Origin: the human T2T-CHM13v2.0 reference genome, Homo sapiens
Length of the DNA: 64,000 nt
Strand: one strand, 5' to 3'
Assembly (NCBI RefSeq): GCF_009914755.1
Contig: NC_060930.1
Each line of letters opens with the position of its first letter. The first letter of the stretch is position 1. The notes beneath the pieces are model-generated. The model had not been told where the DNA came from, made no database searches, and saw only the letters and a program-made list of their open reading frames with translations. The position numbers were made by a program, and so were the translations under genes. This document shows positions 11,723-25,800 of the stretch, piece after piece.

Positions 11723-14700
11723 TCTCAGTAACTTCTTCGGATGTGTGCATTCGACGCACAGAATGGAACATTCCCTTTGATAGAGCAGTTTTGAGACACC
11801 GTTTTTGTAGAATTCCCAAGTGGATATTTAGAGCACTTTGAAGTCTCTGCTAGAAAAGGAAACATCTTCATGTAAAAAGTAGATAGAATCGTTCTCAGAA
11901 AGTGCTTAGTGACGTGTGCGTTCAACTCACAGAGTTTAACGTTTCTTTTGATAGAGCGTTTCTGAAACACCCTTCTTGTAGTAGCTGCAAGTGGATATTT
12001 GGACCTATTGGAGGCCTTCTTTGGAAATGGGATTTCTTCATGTAACTCTAGATTGAAGAGTTCTCAGAAACTCCTTTGTGATGTGTGCATTCAATTCAAA
12101 GAGTGAAACCTCCCTTTTCACAGAGCAGTTTTGAAACACTGTTTTTGTAGGATTTCCAAGGGGATATTTATAGCGCATTGAGCCTACGGCGGAAAAAGAA
12201 ACATCTTCCTATAAAAACTAGACAGAATACTTCTCAGAATCTGCTTTGCGATGTGTGCGTTCAACTCACAGAGTAAAACTTTTCTTTTGATAGAGCAGTT
12301 TTGAAACACTCTTTTTGTAGTATTTGCATGTGTATATTTAGAGCGCATTGAAGCCCACAGTAGAAAAGGAAATAACTTCACCTAAAACCTAGACAGAAGC
12401 AATCTCAGAAACTACTTTGTGATGTGTACATTCAACTCACAGAGTGGAACTTTCCTCTTTATAGAGCAGTGTTGAAACACTCTTTTTGTAGAAACTGCAA
12501 GTGGATATTTGGACCTCTTTGAGGCCTTCGTTGGAAACGGGATTTCTTCCTATAACCCTAGACAGAAGAATTTTCAGAAACCTCATTGTGATGTGTGCGT
12601 TCATCTCACAGAGTGGAGTCTTCCGTTTGATAGAGAAGTTTTGAAACCCTGTTCTTGTAGGATTTCCAAGTGGATATTTAGACCACTTTGAAGCCTATGA
12701 TAGAAAAGGAAACATCTTCATGGAAAACATAGATAGAATCATTCTCAGAAACAACTTTGTGATGTGTGCGTTGAACTCACCGTCTTTAACCTTTCTTTTG
12801 GTAGAGAAGTTTTGAAACACTCTCTTTGTAAAGTCTACAAGTGGATATTTTGAGCCCTTGGAGGCATTCTTTGGAAAAGGGAATGTCTTCACATAAAAGG
12901 CAGACGGAAGTGTTCTCAGAAACTGCTTTGTGATGTCTGTGTTCAACTCACAGAGTTTAACATTTCCTTTGATAGAGCGGTTTAGTAACCCTCTCTTTGT
13001 AGAATTTGGAAGTGTATACTAAGAGCGCTTTGAGGCCTATGGTAGAAAAGGAAATATCTTTCCATAAAAGCTAGACAGAAGCAATCTCAGAAACTCCTTT
13101 GCGATGTCTGCATTCAACTCACCGAGTGGAACATTCCTCTTGAGAGAGCAGTTTGGAAACACTCTTTCTGTAGAATCAGCTTGTTTGTATTTGGACCTCC
13201 TTGAGGCCTTCGTTGGAAACGGGTTTTCATCTTATAAACCCAGACAGAAGAATTCTCAGAGTCTTCTTTGTGATGTGTGCTTTCAACTCACCGAGATAAA
13301 GATTTCTCTTGATAGAGCAATTTGGAAACACTCTTTTTGTAGAATTTGCAAGGGTACATTGAGAGCGCTTTCAGGCCTATGGTAGAAAAGGGAATATCTT
13401 TCCATAAAAGGTAGACAGAAGCAATCTCAGAAACTACTTTGTGATGTGTGCATTCAACTCACCGAGTGCAACGTTCCTCTTGACCGAGCAGTTTGGAAAC
13501 ATTGTTTCTGTAGAATCTGCAAGTGGATATTTGGACCTCTTTGAGGCCTTCGTTGGAAACGGGATTTCTTCCTATAAACCCAGACAGAAGAATTCTCAGA
13601 GACTTCTTTGTGATGTGTGAATTCAACTCACAGTGTGGATCCTTCCTTTTGATAGAGCAGTTTTGAAACCCTGTTTTTGTAGTATTTCCAAGCGGATATT
13701 TGGAACGCCTTGAAGCGTATGGTAGAAAAGGAAATATCTTCCCATAAAACCTAGACAGAACCAATCTCAGAAACGACTTTGTGATGTCTGCATTCAAGTC
13801 ACAGAGTTGAACATTTCTCTTGATAGAGCAGTTTTGAAACCCTCTTTCTGAAGGATCTGCAAGTGGATATTTGGAACTCCCTTGGGTCTTCGTTGGAAAC
13901 GGGATTTCTTCGTATAAATCTAGACAGAAGAATTCTCAGAAACTTCCTTGTGATGTGTGCATTCAACTCAGCGAGTGGCACCTTCCTTTGGATACAGCAG
14001 TTTTGAAACACTGTTTTTGTAGTATTTCCAAGCGGATATTTAGAGCGCCTTGAAGCCTATGCTAGAAATGGAAATATCTCCCCATAAAACCAAGACGGAA
14101 GCAATCTCAGAAACTAATGTGTGATGGCTGCATTCCACACACACGGTGGACCATTTCTCTTGATAGAGCTGTTTTGAAACACTCTTTCTGTAGAATCTGC
14201 AAGTGGATAATTGGACCTCCGAGAGGCCTTCGTTGGAAACGGGATTTCTTCATCTAAACCTACAGAGAAGTATTCTCAGTAACTTCTTCGGATGTGTGCA
14301 TTCGACGCACAGAATGGAACATTCCCTTTGATAGAGCAGTTTTGAGACACCGTTTTTGTAGAATTCCCAAGTGGATATTTAGAGCACTTTGAAGTCTCTG
14401 CTAGAAAAGGAAACATCTTCATGTAAAAAGTAGATAGAATCGTTCTCAGAAAGTGCTTAGTGTCGTGTGCGTTCAACTCACAGAGTTTAACGTTTCTTTT
14501 GATAGAGCGTTTCTGAAACACCCTTCTTGTAGTAGCTGCAAGTGGATATTTGGACCTATTGGAGGCCTTCTTTGGAAATGGGATTTCTTCATGTAACTCT
14601 AGATTGAAGAATTCTCAGAAACTCCTTTGTGATGTGTGCATTCCATTCAAAGAGTGAAATCTCTCTTTTCACAGAGCAGTTTTGAAACACTGTTTTTGTA

Positions 14701-16824
14701 GGATTTCCAAGGGGATATTTATAGCGCATTGAGCCTACGGCGGAAAAAGAAACATCTTCCTATAAAAACTAGACAGAATACTTCTCAGAATCTGCTTTGC
14801 GATGTGTGCGTTCAACTCACAGAGTAAAACTTTTCTTTTGATAGAGCAGTTTTGAAACACTCTTTTTGTAGTATTTGCATGTGTATATTTAGAGCGCATT
14901 GAAGCCCACAGTAGAAAAGGAAATAACTTCACCTAAAACCTAGACAGAAGCAATCTCAGAAACTACTTTGTGATGTGTACATTCAACTCACAGAGTGGAA
15001 CTTTCCTCTTTATAGAGCAGTGTTGAAACACTCTTTTTGTAGAAACTGCAAGTGGATATTTGGACCTCTTTGAGGCCTTCGTTGGAAACGGGATTTCTTC
15101 CTATAACCCTAGACAGAAGAATTTTCAGAAACCTCATTGTGATGTGTGCGTTCATCTCACAGAGTGGAGTCTTCCGTTTGATAGAGAAGTTTTGAAACCC
15201 TGTTCTTGTAGGATTTCCAAGTGGATATTTAGACCACTTTGAAGCCTATGATAGAAAAGGAAACATCTTCATGGAAAACATAGATAGAATCATCCTCAGA
15301 AACAACTTTGTGATGTGTGCGTTGAACTCACCGTCTTTAACCTTTCTTTTGGTAGAGAAGTTTTGAAACACTCTCTTTGTAAAGTCTACAAGTGGATATT
15401 TTGAGCCCTTGGAGGCATTCTTTGGAAAAGGGAATGTCTTCACATAAAAGGCAGACGGAAGTGTTCTCAGAAACTGCTTTGTGATGTCTGTGTTCAACTC
15501 ACAGAGTTTAACATTTCCTTTGATAGAGCGGTTTAGTAACCCTCTCTTTGTAGAATTTGGAAGTGTATACTAAGAGCGCTTTGAGGCCTATGGTAGAAAA
15601 GGAAATATCTTTCCATAAAAGCTAGACAGAAGCAATCTCAGAAACTCCTTTGCGATGTCTGCATTCAACTCACCGAGTGGAACATTCCTCTTGAGAGAGC
15701 AGTTTGGAAACACTCTTTCTGTAGAATCAGCTTGTTTGTATTTGGACCTCCTTGAGGCCTTCGTTGGAAACGGGTTTTCATCTTATAAACCCAGACAGAA
15801 GAATTCTCAGAGTCTTCTTTGTGATGTGTGCTTTCAACTCACCGAGATAAAGATTTCTCTTGATAGAGCAATTTGGAAACACTCTTTTTGTAGAATTTGC
15901 AAGGGTACATTGAGAGCGCTTTCAGGCCTATGGTAGAAAAGGGAATATCTTTCCATAAAAGGTAGACAGAAGCAATCTCAGAAACTACTTTGTGATGTGT
16001 GCATTCAACTCACCGAGTGCAACGTTCCTCTTGACCGAGCAGTTTGGAAACATTGTTTCTGTAGAATCTGCAAGTGGATATTTGGACCTCTTTGAGGCCT
16101 TCGTTGGAAACGGGATTTCTTCCTATAAACCCAGACAGAAGAATTCTCAGAGACTTCTTTGTGATGTGTGAATTCAACTCACAGTGTGGATCCTTCCTTT
16201 TGATAGAGCAGTTTTGAAACCCTGTTTTTGTAGTATTTCCAAGCGGATATTCGGAACGCCTTGAAGCGTATGGTAGAAAAGGAAATATCTTCCCATAAAA
16301 CCTAGACAGAACCAATCTCAGAAACGACTTTGTGATGTCTGCATTCAAGTCACAGAGTTGAACATTTCTCTTGATAGAGCAGTTTTGAAACCCTCTTTCT
16401 GAAGGATCTGCAAGTGGATATTTGGAACTCCTTTGGGTCTTCGTTGGAAACGGGATTTCTTCGTATAAATCTAGACAGAAGAATTCTCAGAAACTTCCTT
16501 GTGATGTGTGCATTCAACTCAGCGAGTGGCACCTTCCTTTGGATACAGCAGTTTTGAAACACTGTTTTTGTAGTATTTCCAAGCGGATATTTAGAGCGCC
16601 TTGAAGCCTATGCTAGAAATGGAAATATCTCCCCATAAAACCAAGACGGAAGCAATCTCAGAAACTAATGTGTGATGGCTGCATTCCACACACACGGTGG
16701 ACCATTTCTCTTGATAGAGCAGTTTTGAAACACTCTTTCTGTAGAATCTGCAAGTGGATAATTGGACCTCCTAGAGGCCTTCGTTGGAAACGGGATTTCT
16801 TCATCTAAACCTACAGAGAAGTAT
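11723..16824 (+). repeat. HOR units 5-6: two 15-mers S (11723-14273, 14274-16824)
   Basis: 2551 bp spacing; m13 joined directly to m17. Confidence 0.95.
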
Positions 16825-19800
16825 TCTCAGTAACTTCTTCGGATGTGTGCATTCGACGCACAGAATGGAACATTCCCTTTGATAGAGCAGTTTTGAGACA
16901 CCGTTTTTGTAGAATTCCCAAGTGGATATTTAGAGCACTTTGAAGTCTCTGCTAGAAAAGGAAACATCTTCATGTAAAAAGTAGATAGAATCGTTCTCAG
17001 AAAGTGCTTAGTGTCGTGTGCGTTCAACTCACAGAGTTTAACGTTTCTTTTGATAGAGCGTTTCTGAAACACCCTTCTTGTAGTAGCTGCAAGTGGATAT
17101 TTGGACCTATTGGAGGCCTTCTTTGGAAATGGGATTTCTTCATGTAACTCTAGATTGAAGAATTCTCAGAAACTCCTTTGTGATGTGTGCATTCAATTCA
17201 AAGAGTGAAACCTCTCTTTTCACAGAGCAGTTTTGAAACACTGTTTTTGTAGGATTTCCAAGGGGATATTTATAGCGCATTGAGCCTACGGCGGAAAAAG
17301 AAACATCTTCCTATAAAAACTAGACAGAATACTTCTCAGAATCTGCTTTGCGATGTGTGCGTTCAACTCACAGAGTAAAACTTTTCTTTTGATAGAGCAG
17401 TTTTGAAACACTCTTTTTGTAGTATTTGCATGTGTATATTTAGAGCGCATTGAAGCCCACAGTAGAAAAGGAAATAACTTCACCTAAAACCTAGACAGAA
17501 GGAATCACAGAAACTACTTTGTGATGTGTACATTCAACTCACAGAGTGGAACTTTCCTCTTTATAGAGCAGTGTTGAAACACTCTTTTTGTAGAAACTGC
17601 AAGTGGATATTTGGACCTCTTTGAGGCCTTCGTTGGAAACGGGATTTCTTCCTATAACCCTAGACAGAAGAATTTTCAGAAACCTCATTGTGATGTGTGC
17701 GTTCATCTCACAGAGTGGAGTCTTCCGTTTGATAGAGAAGTTTTGAAACCCTGTTCTTGTAGGATTTCCAAGTGGATATTTAGACCACTTTGAAGCCTAT
17801 GATAGAAAAGGAAACATCTTCATGGAAAACATAGATAGAATCATCCTCAGAAACAACTTTGTGATGTGTGCGTTGAACTCACCGTCTTTAACCTTTCTTT
17901 TGGTAGAGAAGTTTTGAAACACTCTCTTTGTAAAGTCTACAAGTGGATATTTTGAGCCCTTGGAGGCATTCTTTGGAAAAGGGAATGTCTTCACATAAAA
18001 GGCAGACGGAAGTGTTCTCAGAAACTGCTTTGTGATGTCTGTGTTCAACTCACAGAGTTTAACATTTCCTTTGATAGAGCGGTTTAGTAACCCTCTCTTT
18101 GTAGAATTTGGAAGTGTATACTAAGAGCGCTTTGAGGCCTATGGTAGAAAAGGAAATATCTTTCCATAAAAGCTAGACAGAAGCAATCTCAGAAACTCCT
18201 CTGTGATGTCTGCATTCAACTCACCGAGTGGAACATTCCTCTTGATAGAGCAGTTTGGAAACACTCTTTCTGTAGAATCAGCTTGTTTGTATTTGGACCT
18301 CCTTGAGGCCTTCGTTGGAAACGGGTTTTCATCTTATAAACCCAGACAGAAGAATTCTCAGAGTCTTCTTTGTGATGTGTGCTTTCAACTCACCGAGATA
18401 AAGATTTCTCTTGATAGAGCAATTTGGAAACACTCTTTTTGTAGAATTTGCAAGGGTACATTGAGAGCGCTTTCAGGCCTATGGTAGAAAAGGGAATATC
18501 TTTCCATAAAAGGTAGACAGAAGCAATCTCAGAAACTACTTTGTGATGTGTGCATTCAACTCACCGAGTGCAACGTTCCTCTTGACCGAGCAGTTTGGAA
18601 ACATTGTTTCTGTAGAATCTGCAAGTGGATATTTGGACCTCTTTGAGGCCTTCGTTGGAAACGGGATTTCTTCCTATAAACCCAGACAGAAGAATTCTCA
18701 GAGACTTCTTTGTGATGTGTGAATTCAACTCACAGTGTGGATCCTTCCTTTTGATAGAGCAGTTTTGAAACCCTGTTTTTGTAGTATTTCCAAGCGGATA
18801 TTTGGAACGCCTTGAAGCGTATGGTAGAAAAGGAAATATCTTCCCATAAAACCTAGACAGAACCAATCTCAGAAACGACTTTGTGATGTCTGCATTCAAG
18901 TCACAGAGTTGAACATTTCTCTTGATAGAGCAGTTTTGAAACCCTCTTTCTGAAGGATCTGCAAGTGGATATTTGGAACTCCTTTGGGTCTTCGTTGGAA
19001 ACGGGATTTCTTCGTATAAATCTAGACAGAAGAATTCTCCGAAACTTCTTTGGTTGTGTGCATTCAAGTCACAGAGTGGAACCTTCCTTTGGATAGAGCA
19101 GTTTGAAACGCCGTGGTTGTAGTATTTCCAAGCGGATATTAGAGCGCCTTGAGGCCTATGGTAGAAAAGGAAATATCTTCCCATAAAACCTAGACGGAAG
19201 CAATCTCAGAAACTACTGTGTGATGGCTGCATTCCACACACACGGTGGAACATTTCTCTTGATAGAGCAGTTTTGAAACACTCTTTCTGTAGAATCTGCA
19301 AGTGGATAATTGGACCGCCTTGAGGCCTTCGTTGGAAACGGGATTTCTTCATGTTACTCTAGATAGAAGAATTCTCAAACACTGCTATGTGATGTTTGCA
19401 TTCAAGTCACAGAGTGCAACATTCCTCTTGGTAGAGCAGTTGGGAAACACTCCTTTTGTAGAATCTGCAATGGGATATTTGGACTTCTTTGAGGCCTTCG
19501 TTGGAAACGGGATTTCTTCGTATGAATCTAGACAGAAGAATTCTCAGAAACTTCCTTGTGATGTGTGCATTCAACTCAGCGAGTGGCACCTTCCTTTGGA
19601 TACAGCAGTTTTGAAACACTGTTTTTGTAGTATTTCCAAGCGGATATTTAGAGCGCCTTGAAGCCTATGCTAGAAATGGAAATATCTCCCCATAAAACCA
19701 AGACGGAAGCAATCTCAGAAACTAATGTGTGATGGCTGCATTCCACACACACGGTGGACCATTTCTCTTGATAGAGCAGTTTTGAAACACTCTTTCTGTA

Positions 19801-22800
19801 GAATCTGCAAGTGGATAATTGGACCTCCTAGAGGCCTTCGTTGGAAACGGGATTTCTTCATCTAAACCTACAGAGAAGAATTCTCAGTAACTTCTTCGGA
19901 TGTGTGCATTCGACGCACAGAATGGAACATTCCCTTTGATAGAGCAGTTTTGAGACACCGTTTTTGTAGAATTCCCAAGTGGATATTTAGAGCACTTTGA
20001 AGTCTCTGCTAGAAAAGGAAACATCTTCATGTAAAAAGTAGATAGAATCGTTCTCAGAAAGTGCTTAGTGACGTGTGCGTTCAACTCACAGAGTTTAACG
20101 TTTCTTTTGATAGAGCGTTTCTGAAACACCCTTCTTGTAGTAGCTGCAAGTGGATATTTGGACCTATTGGAGGCCTTCTTTGGAAATGGGATTTCTTCAT
20201 GTAACTCTAGATTGAAGAGTTCTCAGAAACTCCTTTGTGATGTGTGCATTCAATTCAAAGAGTGAAACCTCCCTTTTCACAGAGCAGTTTTGAAACACTG
20301 TTTTTGTAGGATTTCCAAGGGGATATTTATAGCGCATTGAGCCTACGGCGGAAAAAGAAACATCTTCCTATAAAAACTAGACAGAATACTTCTCAGAATC
20401 TGCTTTGCGATGTGTGCGTTCAACTCACAGAGTAAAACTTTTCTTTTGATAGAGCAGTTTTGAAACACTCTTTTTGTAGTATTTGCATGTGTATATTTAG
20501 AGCGCATTGAAGCCCACAGTAGAAAAGGAAATAACTTCACCTAAAACCTAGACAGAAGCAATCTCAGAAACTACTTTGTGATGTGTACATTCAACTCACA
20601 GAGTGGAACTTTCCTCTTTATAGAGCAGTGTTGAAACACTCTTTTTGTAGAAACTGCAAGTGGATATTTGGACCTCTTTGAGGCCTTCGTTGGAAACGGG
20701 ATTTCTTCCTATAACCCTAGACAGAAGAATTTTCAGAAACCTCATTGTGATGTGTGCGTTCATCTCACAGAGTGGAGTCTTCCGTTTGATAGAGAAGTTT
20801 TGAAACCCTGTTCTTGTAGGATTTCCAAGTGGATATTTAGACCACTTTGAAGCCTATGATAGAAAAGGAAACATCTTCATGGAAAACATAGATAGAATCA
20901 TCCTCAGAAACAACTTTGTGATGTGTGCGTTGAACTCACCGTCTTTAACCTTTCTTTTGGTAGAGAAGTTTTGAAACACTCTCTTTGTAAAGTCTACAAG
21001 TGGATATTTTGAGCCCTTGGAGGCATTCTTTGGAAAAGGGAATGTCTTCACATAAAAGGCAGACGGAAGTGTTCTCAGAAACTGCTTTGTGATGTCTGTG
21101 TTCAACTCACAGAGTTTAACATTTCCTTTGATAGAGCGGTTTAGTAACCCTCTCTTTGTAGAATTTGGAAGTGTATACTAAGAGCGCTTTGAGGCCTATG
21201 GTAGAAAAGGAAATATCTTTCCATAAAAGCTAGACAGAAGCAATCTCAGAAACTCCTTTGTGATGTCTGCATTCAACTCACCGAGTGGAACATTCCTCTT
21301 GATAGAGCAGTTTGGAAACACTCTTTCTGTAGAATCAGCTTGTTTGTATTTGGACCTCCTTGAGGCCTTCGTTGGAAACGGGTTTTCATCTTATAAACCC
21401 AGACAGAAGAATTCTCAGAGTCTTCTTTGTGATGTGTGCTTTCAACTCACCGAGATAAAGATTTCTCTTGATAGAGCAATTTGGAAACACTCTTTTTGTA
21501 GAATTTGCAAGGGTACATTGAGAGCGCTTTCAGGCCTATGGTAGAAAAGGGAATATCTTTCCATAAAAGGTAGACAGAAGCAATCTCAGAAACTACTTTG
21601 TGATGTGTGCATTCAACTCACCGAGTGCAACGTTCCTCTTGACCGAGCAGTTTGGAAACATTGTTTCTGTAGAATCTGCAAGTGGATATTTGGACCTCTT
21701 TGAGGCCTTCGTTGGAAACGGGATTTCTTCCTATAAACCCAGACAGAAGAATTCTCAGAGACTTCTTTGTGATGTGTGAATTCAACTCACAGTGTGGATC
21801 CTTCCTTTTGATAGAGCAGTTTTGAAACCCTGTTTTTGTAGTATTTCCAAGCGGATATTTGGAACGCCTTGAAGCGTATGGTAGAAAAGGAAATATCTTC
21901 CCATAAAACCTAGACAGAACCAATCTCAGAAACGACTTTGTGATGTCTGCATTCAAGTCACAGAGTTGAACATTTCTCTTGATAGAGCAGTTTTGAAACC
22001 CTCTTTCTGAAGGATCTGCAAGTGGATATTTGGAACTCCTTTGGGTCTTCGTTGGAAACGGGATTTCTTCGTATAAATCTAGACAGAAGAATTCTCAGAA
22101 ACTTCCTTGTGATGTGTGCATTCAACTCAGCGAGTGGCACCTTCCTTTGGATACAGCAGTTTTGAAACACTGTTTTTGTAGTATTTCCAAGCGGATATTT
22201 AGAGCGCCTTGAAGCCTATGCTAGAAATGGAAATATCTCCCCATAAAACCAAGACAGAAGCAATCTCAGAAACTAATGTGTGATGGCTGCATTCCACACA
22301 CACGGTGGACCATTTCTCTTGATAGAGCAGTTTTGAAACACTCTTTCTGTAGAATCTGCAAGTGGATAATTGGACCTCCTAGAGGCCTTCGTTGGAAACG
22401 GGATTTCTTCATCTAAACCTACAGAGAAGTATTCTCAGTAACTTCTTCGGATGTGTGCATTCGACGCACAGAATGGAACATTCCCTTTGATAGAGCAGTT
22501 TTGAGACACCGTTTTTGTAGAATTCCCAAGTGGATATTTAGAGCACTTTGAAGTCTCTGCTAGAAAAGGAAACATCTTCATGTAAAAAGTAGATAGAATC
22601 GTTCTCAGAAAGTGCTTAGTGTCGTGTGCGTTCAACTCACAGAGTTTAACGTTTCTTTTGATAGAGCTTTTCTGAAACACCCTTCTTGTAGTAGCTGCAA
22701 GTGGATATTTGGACCTATTGGAGGCCTTCTTTGGAAATGGGATTTCTTCATGTAACTCTAGATTGAAGAATTCTCAGAAACTCCTTTGTGATGTGTGCAT

Positions 22801-25800
22801 TCAATTCAAAGAGTGAAACCTCCCTTTTCACAGAGCAGTTTTGAAACACTGTTTTTGTAGGATTTCCAAGGGGATATTTATAGCGCATTGAGCCTACGGC
22901 GGAAAAAGAAACATCTTCCTATAAAAACTAGACAGAATACTTCTCAGAATCTGCTTTGCGATGTGTGCGTTCAACTCACAGAGTAAAACTTTTCTTTTGA
23001 TAGAGCAGTTTTGAAACACTCTTTTTGTAGTATTTGCATGTGTATATTTAGAGCGCATTGAAGCCCACAGTAGAAAAGGAAATAACTTCACCTAAAACCT
23101 AGACAGAAGCAATCACAGAAACTACTTTGTGATGTGTACATTCAACTCACAGAGTGGAACTTTCCTCTTTATAGAGCAGTGTTGAAACACTCTTTTTGTA
23201 GAAACTGCAAGTGGATATTTGGACCTCTTTGAGGCCTTCGTTGGAAACGGGATTTCTTCCTATAACCCTAGACAGAAGAATTTTCAGAAACCTCATTGTG
23301 ATGTGTGCGTTCATCTCACAGAGTGGAGTCTTCCGTTTGATAGAGAAGTTTTGAAACCCTGTTCTTGTAGGATTTCCAAGTGGATATTTAGACCACTTTG
23401 AAGCCTATGATAGAAAAGGAAACATCTTCATGGAAAACATAGATAGAATCATCCTCAGAAACAACTTTGTGATGTGTGCGTTGAACTCACCGTCTTTAAC
23501 CTTTCTTTTGGTAGAGAAGTTTTGAAACACTCTCTTTGTAAAGTCTACAAGTGGATATTTTGAGCCCTTGGAGGCATTCTTTGGAAAAGGGAATGTCTTC
23601 ACATAAAAGGCAGACGGAAGTGTTCTCAGAAACTGCTTTGTGATGTCTGTGTTCAACTCACAGAGTTTAACATTTCCTTTGAGAGAGCGGTTTAGTAACC
23701 CTCTCTTTGTAGAATTTGGAAGTGTATACTAAGAGCGCTTTGAGGCCTATGGTAGAAAAGGAAATATCTTTCCATAAAAGCTAGACAGAAGCAATCTCAG
23801 AAACTCCTCTGTGATGTCTGCATTCAACTCACCGAGTGGAACATTCCTCTTGAGAGAGCAGTTTGGAAACACTCTTTCTGTAGAATCAGCTTGTTTGTAT
23901 TTGGACCTCCTTGAGGCCTTCGTTGGAAACGGGTTTTCATCTTATAAACCCAGACAGAAGAATTCTCAGAGTCTTCTTTGTGATGTGTGCTTTCAACTCA
24001 CCGAGATAAAGATTTCTCTTGATAGAGCAATTTGGAAACACTCTTTTTGTAGAATTTGCAAGGGTACATTGAGAGCGCTTTCAGGCCTATGGTAGAAAAG
24101 GGAATATCTTTCCATAAAAGGTAGACAGAAGCAATCTCAGAAACTACTTTGTGATGTGTGCATTCAACTCACCGAGTGCAACGTTCCTCTTGACCGAGCA
24201 GTTTGGAAACATTGTTTCTGTAGAATCTGCAAGTGGATATTTGGACCTCTTTGAGGCCTTCGTTGGAAACGGGATTTCTTCCTATAAACCCAGACAGAAG
24301 AATTCTCAGAGACTTCTTTGTGATGTGTGAATTCAACTCACAGTGTGGATCCTTCCTTTTGATAGAGCAGTTTTGAAACCCTGTTTTTGTAGTATTTCCA
24401 AGCGGATATTTGGAACGCCTTGAAGCGTATGGTAGAAAAGGAAATATCTTCCCATAAAACCTAGACAGAACCAATCTCAGAAACGACTTTGTGATGTCTG
24501 CATTCAAGTCACAGAGTTGAACATTTCTCTTGATAGAGCAGTTTTGAAACCCTCTTTCTGAAGGATCTGCAAGTGGATATTTGGAACTCCTTTGGGTCTT
24601 CGTTGGAAACGGGATTTCTTCGTATAAATCTAGACAGAAGAATTCTCCGAAACTTCTTTGGTTGTGTGCATTCAAGTCACAGAGTGGAACCTTCCTTTGG
24701 ATAGAGCAGTTTGAAACGCCGTGGTTGTAGTATTTCCAAGCGGATATTAGAGCGCCTTGAGGCCTATGGTAGAAAAGGAAATATCTTCCCATAAAACCTA
24801 GACGGAAGCAATCTCAGAAACTACTGTGTGATGGCTGCATTCCACACACACGGTGGAACATTTCTCTTGATAGAGCAGTTTTGAAACACTCTTTCTGTAG
24901 AATCTGCAAGTGGATAATTGGACCGCCTTGAGGCCTTCGTTGGAAACGGGATTTCTTCATGTTACTCTAGATAGAAGAATTCTCAAACACTGCTATGTGA
25001 TGTTTGCATTCAAGTCACAGAGTGCAACATTCCTCTTGGTAGAGCAGTTGGGAAACACTCCTTTTGTAGAATCTGCAATGGGATATTTGGACTTCTTTGA
25101 GGCCTTCGTTGGAAACGGGATTTCTTCGTATGAATCTAGACAGAAGAATTCTCAGAAACTTCCTTGTGATGTGTGCATTCAACTCAGCGAGTGGCACCTT
25201 CCTTTGGATACAGCAGTTTTGAAACACTGTTTTTGTAGTATTTCCAAGCGGATATTTAGAGCGCCTTGAAGCCTATGCTAGAAATGGAAATATCTCCCCA
25301 TAAAACCAAGACGGAAGCAATCTCAGAAACTAATGTGTGATGGCTGCATTCCACACACACGGTGGACCATTTCTCTTGATAGAGCAGTTTTGAAACACTC
25401 TTTCTGTAGAATCTGCAAGTGGATAATTGGACCTCCTAGAGGCCTTCGTTGGAAACGGGATTTCTTCATCTAAACCTACAGAGAAGAATTCTCAGTAACT
25501 TCTTCGGATGTGTGCATTCGACGCACAGAATGGAACATTCCCTTTGATAGAGCAGTTTTGAGACACCGTTTTTGTAGAATTCCCAAGTGGATATTTAGAG
25601 CACTTTGAAGTCTCTGCTAGAAAAGGAAACATCTTCATGTAAAAAGTAGATAGAATCGTTCTCAGAAAGTGCTTAGTGACGTGTGCGTTCAACTCACAGA
25701 GTTTAACGTTTCTTTTGATAGAGCGTTTCTGAAACACCCTTCTTGTAGTAGCTGCAAGTGGATATTTGGACCTATTGGAGGCCTTCTTTGGAAATGGGAT

